DNA of 64,000 nucleotides from Akkermansia muciniphila (GTDB lineage Bacteria > Verrucomicrobiota > Verrucomicrobiia > Limisphaerales > UBA1100), in NCBI GenBank assembly GCA_945903605.1, contig CAMDOH010000004.1, positions 2,593 to 66,592 on the forward strand, written 5' to 3'. The notes beneath the pieces were generated by a model. That model was not told where the DNA came from. It ran no database searches and saw only the letters and a list, made by a program, of their open reading frames with translations. The position numbers and the translations under genes were made by a program. The first letter of the stretch is position 1; each line of letters opens with the position of its first letter. Positions 27,014-35,707 of this stretch are shown here, piece after piece.

Positions 27014-27604
27014 ATGGATTTCTGGTCGGCGACCCTCATGCTGCTGTTCATCATGGATCCGCTCGGCAACATCCCCATGTTTCATTCTGTATTGATCGAG
27101 GTGAATGAAGCGGATCGGCGAAAGGTCATGATCCGCGAATTGTTGATCGCGTTTGTGGTGCTCTTGGGATGCCTCATCGCGGGCAAATCAATTCTGGGCG
27201 CTTTAGGTTTGCAGCAATCCACCTTGAGCATTGCCGGCGGATTGATGCTGCTGCTCATCGCGCTGCACATGGTTTTCCCACAACATGGATTAAAAACAGA
27301 TGTGGAGAGTAAAGATCCATTCATCGTGCCACTGGCTATTCCTCTCATCGCCGGTCCCTCGGCGATCGCCACGCTGCTGCTGCTCGCGAGCCGCGAACCG
27401 GATCGGATGCGGGAATGGACTTTAGCATTGGTGCTAGCTTGGGGTACAACGGCGGCGATACTACTGGCATCCAATCGACTGATGCGTGTGATCGGCCAGC
27501 GCGGATTGCGTGCCTGTGAAAAATTGATGGGAATGTTGCTGATTCTAATGGCCGTGCAGATGTTTTTGGATGGCGTGAAAGAATACGTGAAGGGCGTGAA
27601 CTAA
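27014..27604 (+). CDS. MarC/UPF0056 family inner membrane protein
   Basis: I prefer the ATG at 27014. The start MDFWSATLMLLFIMDPLGNIPMF is the typical MarC N-terminus. There are 6 TM helices. Confidence 0.8.
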   Translation: MDFWSATLMLLFIMDPLGNIPMFHSVLIEVNEADRRKVMIRELLIAFVVLLGCLIAGKSILGALGLQQSTLSIAGGLMLLLIALHMVFPQHGLKTDVESKDPFIVPLAIPLIAGPSAIATLLLLASREPDRMREWTLALVLAWGTTAAILLASNRLMRVIGQRGLRACEKLMGMLLILMAVQMFLDGVKEYVKGVN

Positions 27605-27608
27605 TTTT

Positions 27609-28592
27609 GTGACAGAGCAACTTCAGCGTCACTGGTTTTTAGGCGGACTCTTCGCAGTGATCTTTGCCGGAATGATGTGGCCCGAAGGCGGGACACAGAT
27701 CCGGGAGCACAATTGGGTTACGCCCATGCTCATCGCGGTGATCATGTTCATCGCCGGATTCAGTCTGCAAATCAGCAATCTGGCCAGACAGGTAACCAAT
27801 CTGCGCGCGGTCGGCGCTGTGATTGCGACCGTGTTTCTCGTCGCGCCATTACTGGCCTTTGGGTTGGCGAAACTTCTAGCGCCGACGAAGGATGCGAATC
27901 ACGAATTTCTTGTTGGGATGATGTTGATGAGCGCGCAGGCAGGGAGCCTGGCTTCGGCAGTGGCGATGACGATGCTGGCGAGAGCTGACACAGAACTCGC
28001 GCTCATTCTCACACTCGTCACCAATCTTCTCACCTCGCTCCTCACGCCGTGGGTGCTCGATTTCTCCATCGGTACCGATGTCAAATTCCCAGTGACCGAA
28101 ATGATGTCGCGTATGGTCCTTGTGATGTTGCTTCCGGTGGTGATTGGCCAATTTGTCCGCTGGAAATTCTGGCCGAAGGACAAAGCGACCCCGAAACTAT
28201 TCCGTTATGCGCCGCAACTGATCATCCTCGTTTTCGTTTACACCGGCTTTTCAGCGGCCGCCGACAAATTGCTCGATCGCTGGGAATGGATTCTGCGTTT
28301 TTCTGTCGCATGCGCTTTATTGCACCTGGCGCTGCTGTGGTTCACCAAATTACTGGGTGAACAATTGAAGCTCGATGAGGGATCGTCCAGAGCGCTGATG
28401 TTCTGCGGTTCGCAAAAAACACTGCCGAATGGCATCTATCTTTGGGATAAATATTTCAGTGCGCAGCAACCCTATGCGGCCGTACCGCTGGTGCTCTATC
28501 ACCTCTTTCAACTGGTGCTGGACACGATCATCGCCACGCGAATCGGGGCGCGCGCAACGAAGTCGGTTGATAGCACCAAAAGCGCCGGTTAA
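27609..28592 (+). CDS. Bile acid:sodium symporter (BASS/SBF-like) family transporter
   Basis: 327 aa with a GTG start. There are about 9-10 TM helices. The conserved block ALMFCGSQKTLPNG is typical of SBF-like permeases. Confidence 0.7.
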   Translation: MTEQLQRHWFLGGLFAVIFAGMMWPEGGTQIREHNWVTPMLIAVIMFIAGFSLQISNLARQVTNLRAVGAVIATVFLVAPLLAFGLAKLLAPTKDANHEFLVGMMLMSAQAGSLASAVAMTMLARADTELALILTLVTNLLTSLLTPWVLDFSIGTDVKFPVTEMMSRMVLVMLLPVVIGQFVRWKFWPKDKATPKLFRYAPQLIILVFVYTGFSAAADKLLDRWEWILRFSVACALLHLALLWFTKLLGEQLKLDEGSSRALMFCGSQKTLPNGIYLWDKYFSAQQPYAAVPLVLYHLFQLVLDTIIATRIGARATKSVDSTKSAG

Positions 28593-29170
28593 CTCTGCGC
28601 GCGATTGGAATCGAGTAGTTTCATGAATGCGCCGAAGTAATGTCCGTTGTCATGAAACGTGCGACCAGAGACGAGGTTGCCATCCACTACGCAGGGTTCG
28701 TTCACATAAATCCCGCCGCAGATTTCGAGGTCAAACTTGCATTTCCCCACGGTCGCCATCCGACGGCCTTTCACGCAGCCGGCTCGCGCGGGAATCTCCA
28801 CTCCGTGACAGACGCTGGCGATGGGCAGATTTTTCTCAAAGAAATATCGCGTGACGATCAACAGTGACTCGTCCTCGCGGATGTATTCAGGTGCGCGGCC
28901 ACCGCTAAAAAAGATCCCAGCGTAATTCGCCGGCTGGATGTCCTTGAAGGCGATGTCGGCCTCGATGCTGTAGCCTTCCCATTCTTTGGTGATCGTCCAT
29001 CCCGGCTTCACTTCGTGCAGCACCATCTGGTATCGGCGCAATTCTGGCGCGGCGACGATGGGTTGGTAACCGCCCTCAATGAGCCTGTAGTACGGGTAAA
29101 GCGTGTCCACAGTCTCCGTGGCGTCGCCAATGATGATGAGGACTTTGGGGCGATGAGTCGGTTCGTTCAT
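28589..29170 (-). CDS. DJ-1/PfpI family protein
   Basis: I prefer the ATG at 29170. The blocks KVLIIIGDATETVDTLYPYYRL and the nucleophile-elbow motif IASVCHG are present. Its stop codon overlaps the BASS gene stop (TTAA). Confidence 0.85.
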   Translation of the reverse strand: MNEPTHRPKVLIIIGDATETVDTLYPYYRLIEGGYQPIVAAPELRRYQMVLHEVKPGWTITKEWEGYSIEADIAFKDIQPANYAGIFFSGGRAPEYIREDESLLIVTRYFFEKNLPIASVCHGVEIPARAGCVKGRRMATVGKCKFDLEICGGIYVNEPCVVDGNLVSGRTFHDNGHYFGAFMKLLDSNRAQS

Positions 29171-29320
29171 GTCAATGGATGTGGATACGTTGTAGGGGAG
29201 CGTCTTGCGTTGCGCCAACTTTATTTGACCCGACCCCTTGCGCACAGGGGCGACTGGGGACATGTTTTGTTGAGGGCTAAACAAAGCCCTTTCTCAGTAC
29301 AAACCAACCAGTGAGGTAAT

Positions 29321-30118
29321 ATGAAACGAATCATCCTTCTAGCCTTTGGCTTGCTCGCCGGGGTCGGAACGATGCCAGCGGGTGAAAATCCGTTCGGCAA
29401 TATCATGGGCAGTTTACCAAACTACCCGGTCTCGTTTGCCTTCAACCAGAAATATTCTATCGATGGTTATTGGCGACCTGAAATGCCTGCATCGGAAAAA
29501 TCCGGGCAGAATCAGTACGCCTGCCTCAACGGCCAAAACAAAGTCGGGAGTGGCAATAAATCCGAGGGACTCAATCGAGTGCAGGGGAATAAAGGGTACG
29601 GCGAAGGTTACGGCAATCAAGGAGGGAAATCCGGCTATCAATCGCAAGGCACCAAGCAAGGTGGATTTGGCATCGGACAAGGCATGGGAAATAAAGTCGG
29701 TGGTCAGATGGGCGGCGGCCAAGGCATGGGAAATAAAGTCGGTGGCCAGATGGGTGGCGGCCAAGGCATGGGAAATAAAGTCGGTGGCCAGATGGGTGGT
29801 GGACAAAGCATGGGAAATAAAGTCGGTGGCCAGATGGGCGGCGGACAAGGCATGGGAAAACAAATGGGTGGAAATACACGGCAACAATCAGGTGGATTCC
29901 AGCAATCCGGAAACCAGATGAATCAGAATAACAGTCGAATGAACACGCGCGGAGCGCAGACATTGAACACTGGGCGTGGACAATCTGGTGCTGGCCAGAC
30001 GGGATCTGGCCAAATGGGCAACGGTAATGGGCAAGGTGCTGGATCGAGACAGGCAGTAGGTCAACAGCGCGGTGGGCAGGTGAACCAAGGTGGGGCAAGA
30101 CGCACCAACATGCGCTGA
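29321..30118 (+). CDS. Secreted low-complexity G/Q/M/N-rich repeat protein
   Basis: 265 aa. The signal peptide is MKRIILLAFGLLAGVGT. Five tandem G(Q/K)(G/S)MGNKVGGQMGG units are followed by a Q/N/G-rich tail. Confidence 0.7.
   Translation: MKRIILLAFGLLAGVGTMPAGENPFGNIMGSLPNYPVSFAFNQKYSIDGYWRPEMPASEKSGQNQYACLNGQNKVGSGNKSEGLNRVQGNKGYGEGYGNQGGKSGYQSQGTKQGGFGIGQGMGNKVGGQMGGGQGMGNKVGGQMGGGQGMGNKVGGQMGGGQSMGNKVGGQMGGGQGMGKQMGGNTRQQSGGFQQSGNQMNQNNSRMNTRGAQTLNTGRGQSGAGQTGSGQMGNGNGQGAGSRQAVGQQRGGQVNQGGARRTNMR
29681..29871 (+). repeat. 42-bp in-frame tandem repeat, 4 full copies plus a partial fifth
   Basis: The unit is ggcatgggaaataaagtcggtggccagatgggtggcggccaa. Copies start at 29681, 29723, 29765, 29807 and 29849 (partial). 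The copies differ by only 1-4 substitutions. Confidence 0.9.
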
Positions 30119-30129
30119 AAGGAGGTGTG

Positions 30130-30167
30130 CAAAGGCCCGGATCCAAGCTGGGCCTTTGCCTTTTTTT
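30130..30167 (+). terminator. Rho-independent terminator
   Basis: The sequence CAAAGGCCC-ggatccaagct-GGGCCTTTG is followed by CCTTTTTTT. It lies 12 nt after the stop of the repeat-protein gene. Confidence 0.85.
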
Positions 30168-30218
30168 CACACGCAAGGAACTTGTCGGAACCGCTCATCA
30201 TCGATTATTGTCAGCCGC

Positions 30219-30686
30219 GTGAATTGTAAATTGCTTTGGGTTGCGACGATTGTTGGACTGACAATTCTTGGCTGTGCTGGCTCGGCGATGAAAGGAGGGT
30301 TGGTGAAAGGCGAGTCGCAGTTGGTGGCCAAACTCAAATCCGTCGGCGGCGAAATTCGTGTGGATGAACGCGGCCGCGTCATTGAAGTGAACTGGGCTGG
30401 GGTTGGTGTTGGCGACGCCGATTTGATTTTATTGAAAGGTCAATACGAGATTGTCTCATTGTTCCTCTCCAACACGCGCGTGACGGATGCCGGGCTGGAT
30501 CATCTGCGCGGATTGCCAAATCTCCGGACACTTGGACTTGCGCAAACTCAAGTGTCCGATGCGGGGCTGGTCGTATTGCGTGAGGTCAAAAGCCTGAGAA
30601 AAGTTTACTTGTTTCGCGCGCGTGTGACCGAAGCCGGCGTGAAGGATTTTCAGAAAGCCGTGCCGGGTTGTGCCGTGGAATATTGA
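30219..30686 (+). CDS. Leucine-rich-repeat lipoprotein (TDAGL-type LRR)
   Basis: A GTG at 30219 gives VNCKLLWVATIVGLTILGCAG, a lipobox signal. The LRR units are LSNTRVTDAGLDHLRGLPNLRTLGLAQTQVSDAGLVVL. The start choice is uncertain (maximal ORF 30090..30686). Confidence 0.6.
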   Translation: MNCKLLWVATIVGLTILGCAGSAMKGGLVKGESQLVAKLKSVGGEIRVDERGRVIEVNWAGVGVGDADLILLKGQYEIVSLFLSNTRVTDAGLDHLRGLPNLRTLGLAQTQVSDAGLVVLREVKSLRKVYLFRARVTEAGVKDFQKAVPGCAVEY

Positions 30687-30707
30687 GGAAGCCCGGCGGA
30701 ATTCGGC

Positions 30708-30914
30708 TTGCGCAGAATCCGTGAAGCGGTAAATAAAAGGCGTATGGTTTTTTTCAAAGCATTTGCGGCGCTCTCGTTCATGGCCATCTTGGTCGGTGTG
30801 AGCATCTTGATTATGGCCAAGGGCAGCGGGCTGATTGCGTTCGTTCCAATCATCGTTACGACAGCGGTCGGCATTTGTGCCTTCGCCAAATACGGCTGTC
30901 TGGATCAGCACTGA
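30708..30914 (+). CDS. Hypothetical small two-TM membrane protein
   Basis: 68-aa ORF with an alternative ATG at 30744. It has two hydrophobic helices and no recognisable motif. Confidence 0.35.
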   Translation: MRRIREAVNKRRMVFFKAFAALSFMAILVGVSILIMAKGSGLIAFVPIIVTTAVGICAFAKYGCLDQH

Positions 30915-30928
30915 TTCCAGTCGTCACT

Positions 30929-33900
30929 TCATTTTTTCGGATTCGACTTCAAAAACGCCAGTAGATCTGCGAGGTCTTTTGGCATGAGAGCGGCCTCCAA
31001 TCCTTCGGGCATCAATGAAAGTCCGCCGCCTGTGATGGACTGAATATCCTTTCGCAGCAGCGTTTCTTCCGTTCCCAGTGCGGTGCGCACAGTCACGCTT
31101 GTTTCCGTTTCAGTTGTGATGACGCCGGCCAGCTCATTGTTGTTTTTCAAAACCACAGTGTAGCTGATGTACCGTTGTTCCAGCGCGCGGTTGGGATCAA
31201 AGATGGCCACAATCAGTTCCTCGATCGGTTTCGTCGCCGCTGCGCCGAGGTCCGGCCCCACCTCTTTTCCTTCAGCTCGAAAACGATGGCATACGGCGCA
31301 ATGCTGCTTGTACAACGCAGCACCCAATTGTGGGTCGCCGGTCAATCGCGACACTGCAGCAAATTGTTGGATGACCTTTGCGCGATCGGCGTTCACCCGG
31401 GCGAATAGTTTTTCCGCGCGTGATCGGATGGCTGCGTCCGGATTTGCCAATATCTGTTGTCGCGCCGGCAGCGCAATTTCTCCCACACCAATCGTGCCTT
31501 GCTCAATCGCGCCAAGCGTCGCCGGAATCCATTCGGTGCGGCCGATGAGTGTGGCCAGTAATTCGGTTCGTATGGCGGGGCTGTATTTGCGCCAGCCACC
31601 GGCCAGCACTGTGCCAGCCGCCGCGCTGCGCAGATTCCGGATTGCTCGCAACGCCGCACGCTGCAGTCCATCGGGATGTTGAGCCTGCAACAATACGGCG
31701 AGCAACTTTGCATCGAAACTGGACTTCGCCGGTTCGCGGCCGAGAAGTTGTGCCGCTTCGATCCGGACGGCCAGTGGCACGCGTGAATCTTCGGCCTGAG
31801 TTCGTGCTCGGGCGATGTGTCCGTCGATTTGACTTAAAGCCAGCCGCAGCTCGGCTGATGCCTTTGCCTGGATCCGATTGTAAGCGGCGTCATTCTTGTG
31901 CAGTACATCCAGGAGACCCGAAAGGAGTTTGAAACGTTCCTGTTCGTCTGGTTTTTGAAAAGCATCGTGTAGGACCTGAAGCAGCGCGTTGTGGTCGCCT
32001 TGTTCCAGTGTCAGGTCGAGCAGATGAGTGATGAAGGCGGCGGGTGCTTGCGCTGCGCCGTGTCGGCAGAGTTCGCGCAGCATCGGTGCAGCGTGTGGCA
32101 CAGCGGAACTGAGCACGGCCTGTTGAATGAAGGGATTGTCTGCATCGCGAATGGCGATTTCCACCAGTACGGTTGCTGCTTGCGGGTTTTTCCATTCGCC
32201 CAGTGAAAAGGCGAGTTGGTAGCGGACGCGCACATCGGCGTCATTCGCGCGAGGAAGTGCGAGTTCGAGCGGGCCGTTTTCGCAGAGTCGGATGGCGTGG
32301 GCGCGGATGATGGGATTCGTGTCGTTCAACGCGCCACGAAGTACGACTGGGTCAATCGCGCCAATTCCATCAAGTGAACAGAGAGCTTGGAGGCGCACTT
32401 TCGGATCTTTGGAATTTGCGATGATCGCGGCCAGTGGTTTGCGAGCGGAAGGATCTGCGCGTTCAAAAAGTAATCGCTGGACGGTGTCGCGCTGCCAGCC
32501 GTTGGGACTTTCAATCGCAGCTACGAGTGCGGGAGTGTCGAGTGTGTCGAGCCGGGGAATGGGACGGAGCGGAATCGATTTCGGATATACACGGTAGATG
32601 CGGCCCATGTCGTGGCCGGCGCGGAGGTCGAGTCGCTGCTGCATTTCGGGTGAAATCCACTCGGGATGTTCGATGACGAATCGGTACATGTCGGCGATGT
32701 ACAACGCGCCGTCGGGGCCGGTCTTGATCATTGTTGGCCGAAACCAGTTGTCGGCGGAGGCGAGAAATTCACGGCCATTTTCCTTGTCCGCACGATGGCT
32801 TGTGAAGGTGAGTCCTGTTGGTGTGAGCACTTCGCGGTGGACGAGGTTGTGAACGGGTTCGCTGATGAAAATGCTGTTTTCAAATGCCGCGCCGAACAAG
32901 GAGTCGCGGTATGGGGAAGGACTGTTGGCACTGGTCAGATAGTTGACCGACTGCGGTGTGTTGAATCGTTGGATGGATGGGCTGATTGGGAAGACACGGC
33001 GCGAATCGGTGTATTCGCCAAGCATCTGTTTGTTGCTGCGGGTGAGCAGGTGTGTGTTGCGTGCGAGATAATGTTCGGGGAGAAAATAGTGCCAGAGCCA
33101 GTTGGGATTGTTGTTGCCGAACCAGTTTCCCCAGTCGTCTCGATAGCGGCCAAATTGGGTCTGGCCGGATTGTCGTTGAAACTGTCCTGTATCGGGCCGG
33201 AACCGAAAATCGTGGCCGTTGATGACGGTGTTGGAACCGTTGGCGATGGATGTGATGGTGCCGCCGCTGTCGCCATTGGCTCCGTAAATCCAGTTGTCCA
33301 ATCCGTATTGGAATCCGTTGACTCGATGCTGCTGGTTGCCCTCGCTGAAACCCGTGAAAAGGGTTTTACGCAAGTCGGCTTTTCCATCGCCGTCGGTATC
33401 TTCGGCGTAAAAGATTTCGGGCGCAGCGGAGATGATGGCGCCTTTGCGCCACGGCATCACGCCTGTTGGAAAGTTGAGGCCATCGAGAAAGAGCGTGTAT
33501 TTGTCGTAACGTCCGTCGCCATTGATGTCTTCCAAGATGCGAATCTGGCCACCGGGTTTTCCTTTGCCATCCACGCCTTTGGGATAATCGCCCATTTCGA
33601 CAACCCACAATCGACCATCAGCACCCCAATCAAATGCGATGGGATCCAACACGAGCGGTTCGTGTGCGACTAATTGGACTGCGAATCCTTCAGGAACACG
33701 AATGGCATCGAGTGAATCCTGCGGCGATTTCGGCGGCGGAGCAGGGAAGGCGATGAGTTCCTTGAATGTTCTGTACTCAACATTCGCGTTCAGATGCGCG
33801 GTGTCCTCGTTTTGGACGAAGAGTCGGTTGCTATGAAACCACGCGCCATTGTCCCGGTGCGGCCCGGAACGAACGAAGGGCGGGATGGAGTTGGGTTCGC

Positions 33901-35698
33901 CGCGTTTGCCCGAGCGGACGAGATGTGACCAGCCGAGATTCCATCCCCAGCCAAGCTGCAGGACTTTGTTCCAAAGATGAATGGACCACGCTTTATCGTT
34001 CGAGAAAATCAGGTCGTCGTAGCCATCGGAGTTGATATCGATGAAGCGCAGTCCGTTGTCACGGCCTTGATCATCGACGAGTGAGATTGCAGCGGGAATT
34101 TTGAATGGCGATGCGACCCACTGGGATACGGATTTGTTCCAAGCATAAATACCGTTCTGTTGCGGGTTGCTGACGATGAGTTCGCACTGGCCGTCGTTGT
34201 CGATGTCGCGCAGTCGCGCGCCGGCATCGAAGGCGGAGTTGAGTGCGACGGGTCTGCCGCCGACGTTGGGGAGTGCGAGGTTGTTGTCTTCGACCCATTT
34301 GTTCTCGATAAATCGCCAAGCACCGGAGCGGGTGATGAGGATGGTCTGGCGGTTGAGAATTCCGATGAGCGAGTTCATCGCATGCGGAGATTCTTTCGAG
34401 CCGGCCAATGTGACTGGAAATGTTGTGTCGTTCCATTTGCGCTGCGCAGGATCCCAAATCCGGGTGCGGCGAAGCTTTTCGTTGGCGATGATGACATCCA
34501 TCTGGCCGTCGTCGTTCAGATCGAGTAGTCGAACGCCGTTGTCGCCGCCGTTGATCGGGTTGCGGAGTGGCTGGCCAGCGAGCAGGTGTTGATCGATGCG
34601 TTGCTGCGCTTCAGCAAAAGTGAGGAACTTCACTCGATTGCCGTGTTGGGTGACGGTGTGATTGATGAACTCCACGATTTGTTCAGCCTTGATCCAACCG
34701 TGCGGATGAAAGATCCAAGGGAAGACGCCTTGTTTGATGACGATGGCGTCCATCGCCGCTTTCCAATCGGCGAGCGTGGTGGGGTTGTTGGGGCTGTGCA
34801 GATTGTTTGCTTCCCAATCGCTGGGGGCGATGGGAGGGAATTCCCAGCAGAGGCGGTTGATCACATACGGGTACGGATAATCCTCAATGGTTGTGCCGAA
34901 GAGTTCCATGGATCGCTTCACGATGGTGTTGGTTGCGATGGGGAGATATTTGCGGAATCGGTCTCGGCCATCTTTGTCGAGGACCAGTTCGCGCGGCAAT
35001 GTGGCATCGTTCGCGGTGAGCAGGCACATGATGGATGAATCGATGGACAAGAATTTTCCTGCGCGACTGGTGGAGTTGAAAATCTCGGAATAGAAGCGCG
35101 GGCTGGGCGAATTCATCGAGTCGCAACAAGGCATGCGAAAGGCGACAGGTCGGCCGACGGGCAATTGGTTCAGCAGATCAACTCCGCCATGATAGGTATC
35201 GAGTGCATTGGTGAAGCTGCCTTTTTGGAGCAGTGGGCAGGGATGCGCGAGCGTGTGGTTTTCCATCGAGAGTCCTTCCTTGAGCCACGAATGAATCTGC
35301 GTATTGGTCGGCGCGATGGCATTGCAAAAGATGCTGACGGGTGCGCGGCCGTCGATTTTCTTGAGTCTGGCGAGTATCGGCCGAAGAAAAGTTTCATATC
35401 GCGCGGGGTCGCGCATGTCGTCGATGGAAAGGATGACGACGGCTTCGACGCCGCTTTCGCCGACCCACTGAGGCGTGGTCAGTTTGGGGTGCGAGAGTCG
35501 GGCATGAAACGGATCGGATTCGTGCAGAAATACGTGTCGGTTGCCGGAGCCAGTAGCGGCGAACGCTGGGATTGATGTGAGTAGAGCGAAGATGATGGCG
35601 ATGGAACTGAATCGAGGTGGCACGGGGTAATCGTAAATGCGGTGTGAGTTCTGGCGAGGAAAAATTAGGGCGCTTGCAACCGATTGAGGTTCGCTCAC
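30929..35698 (-). CDS. Giant PVC-type heme-binding fusion protein: CE4 polysaccharide-deacetylase-like + FG-GAP/VCBS repeats + membrane-bound-dehydrogenase domain + HEAT repeats + C-terminal cytochrome c
   Basis: The maximal ORF is 1589 aa. A GTG at 35623 gives a better signal peptide (PPRFSSIAIIFALLTSIPAFAA). NodB-like motifs are SIDDM and NHTLAHP. FG-GAP units are DLNDDGQMDVII, DIDNDGQCELIV and DINSDGYDDLIF. The dehydrogenase-domain block is PEGFAVQLVAHEPLVLDPIAFDWGADGRLWVVEM. HEAT units follow. The heme motif is CAVCH. Confidence 0.85.
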   Translation of the reverse strand: MSEPQSVASALIFPRQNSHRIYDYPVPPRFSSIAIIFALLTSIPAFAATGSGNRHVFLHESDPFHARLSHPKLTTPQWVGESGVEAVVILSIDDMRDPARYETFLRPILARLKKIDGRAPVSIFCNAIAPTNTQIHSWLKEGLSMENHTLAHPCPLLQKGSFTNALDTYHGGVDLLNQLPVGRPVAFRMPCCDSMNSPSPRFYSEIFNSTSRAGKFLSIDSSIMCLLTANDATLPRELVLDKDGRDRFRKYLPIATNTIVKRSMELFGTTIEDYPYPYVINRLCWEFPPIAPSDWEANNLHSPNNPTTLADWKAAMDAIVIKQGVFPWIFHPHGWIKAEQIVEFINHTVTQHGNRVKFLTFAEAQQRIDQHLLAGQPLRNPINGGDNGVRLLDLNDDGQMDVIIANEKLRRTRIWDPAQRKWNDTTFPVTLAGSKESPHAMNSLIGILNRQTILITRSGAWRFIENKWVEDNNLALPNVGGRPVALNSAFDAGARLRDIDNDGQCELIVSNPQQNGIYAWNKSVSQWVASPFKIPAAISLVDDQGRDNGLRFIDINSDGYDDLIFSNDKAWSIHLWNKVLQLGWGWNLGWSHLVRSGKRGEPNSIPPFVRSGPHRDNGAWFHSNRLFVQNEDTAHLNANVEYRTFKELIAFPAPPPKSPQDSLDAIRVPEGFAVQLVAHEPLVLDPIAFDWGADGRLWVVEMGDYPKGVDGKGKPGGQIRILEDINGDGRYDKYTLFLDGLNFPTGVMPWRKGAIISAAPEIFYAEDTDGDGKADLRKTLFTGFSEGNQQHRVNGFQYGLDNWIYGANGDSGGTITSIANGSNTVINGHDFRFRPDTGQFQRQSGQTQFGRYRDDWGNWFGNNNPNWLWHYFLPEHYLARNTHLLTRSNKQMLGEYTDSRRVFPISPSIQRFNTPQSVNYLTSANSPSPYRDSLFGAAFENSIFISEPVHNLVHREVLTPTGLTFTSHRADKENGREFLASADNWFRPTMIKTGPDGALYIADMYRFVIEHPEWISPEMQQRLDLRAGHDMGRIYRVYPKSIPLRPIPRLDTLDTPALVAAIESPNGWQRDTVQRLLFERADPSARKPLAAIIANSKDPKVRLQALCSLDGIGAIDPVVLRGALNDTNPIIRAHAIRLCENGPLELALPRANDADVRVRYQLAFSLGEWKNPQAATVLVEIAIRDADNPFIQQAVLSSAVPHAAPMLRELCRHGAAQAPAAFITHLLDLTLEQGDHNALLQVLHDAFQKPDEQERFKLLSGLLDVLHKNDAAYNRIQAKASAELRLALSQIDGHIARARTQAEDSRVPLAVRIEAAQLLGREPAKSSFDAKLLAVLLQAQHPDGLQRAALRAIRNLRSAAAGTVLAGGWRKYSPAIRTELLATLIGRTEWIPATLGAIEQGTIGVGEIALPARQQILANPDAAIRSRAEKLFARVNADRAKVIQQFAAVSRLTGDPQLGAALYKQHCAVCHRFRAEGKEVGPDLGAAATKPIEELIVAIFDPNRALEQRYISYTVVLKNNNELAGVITTETETSVTVRTALGTEETLLRKDIQSITGGGLSLMPEGLEAALMPKDLADLLAFLKSNPKK

Positions 35699-35707
35699 AA
35701 TGGGTGG

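Noticed and set aside
29681-29871. Regularly spaced 42-bp repeats as a possible CRISPR array
   Set aside because: The repeats are directly adjacent with no spacers. They are in frame and encode the GQGMGNKVGGQMGG unit of a secreted protein. No cas genes are nearby.
32666-33673. 335-aa plus-strand ORF inside the giant heme-domain gene
   Set aside because: This is an antisense shadow ORF. The minus-strand frame carries FG-GAP, dehydrogenase-domain and heme motifs continuously.
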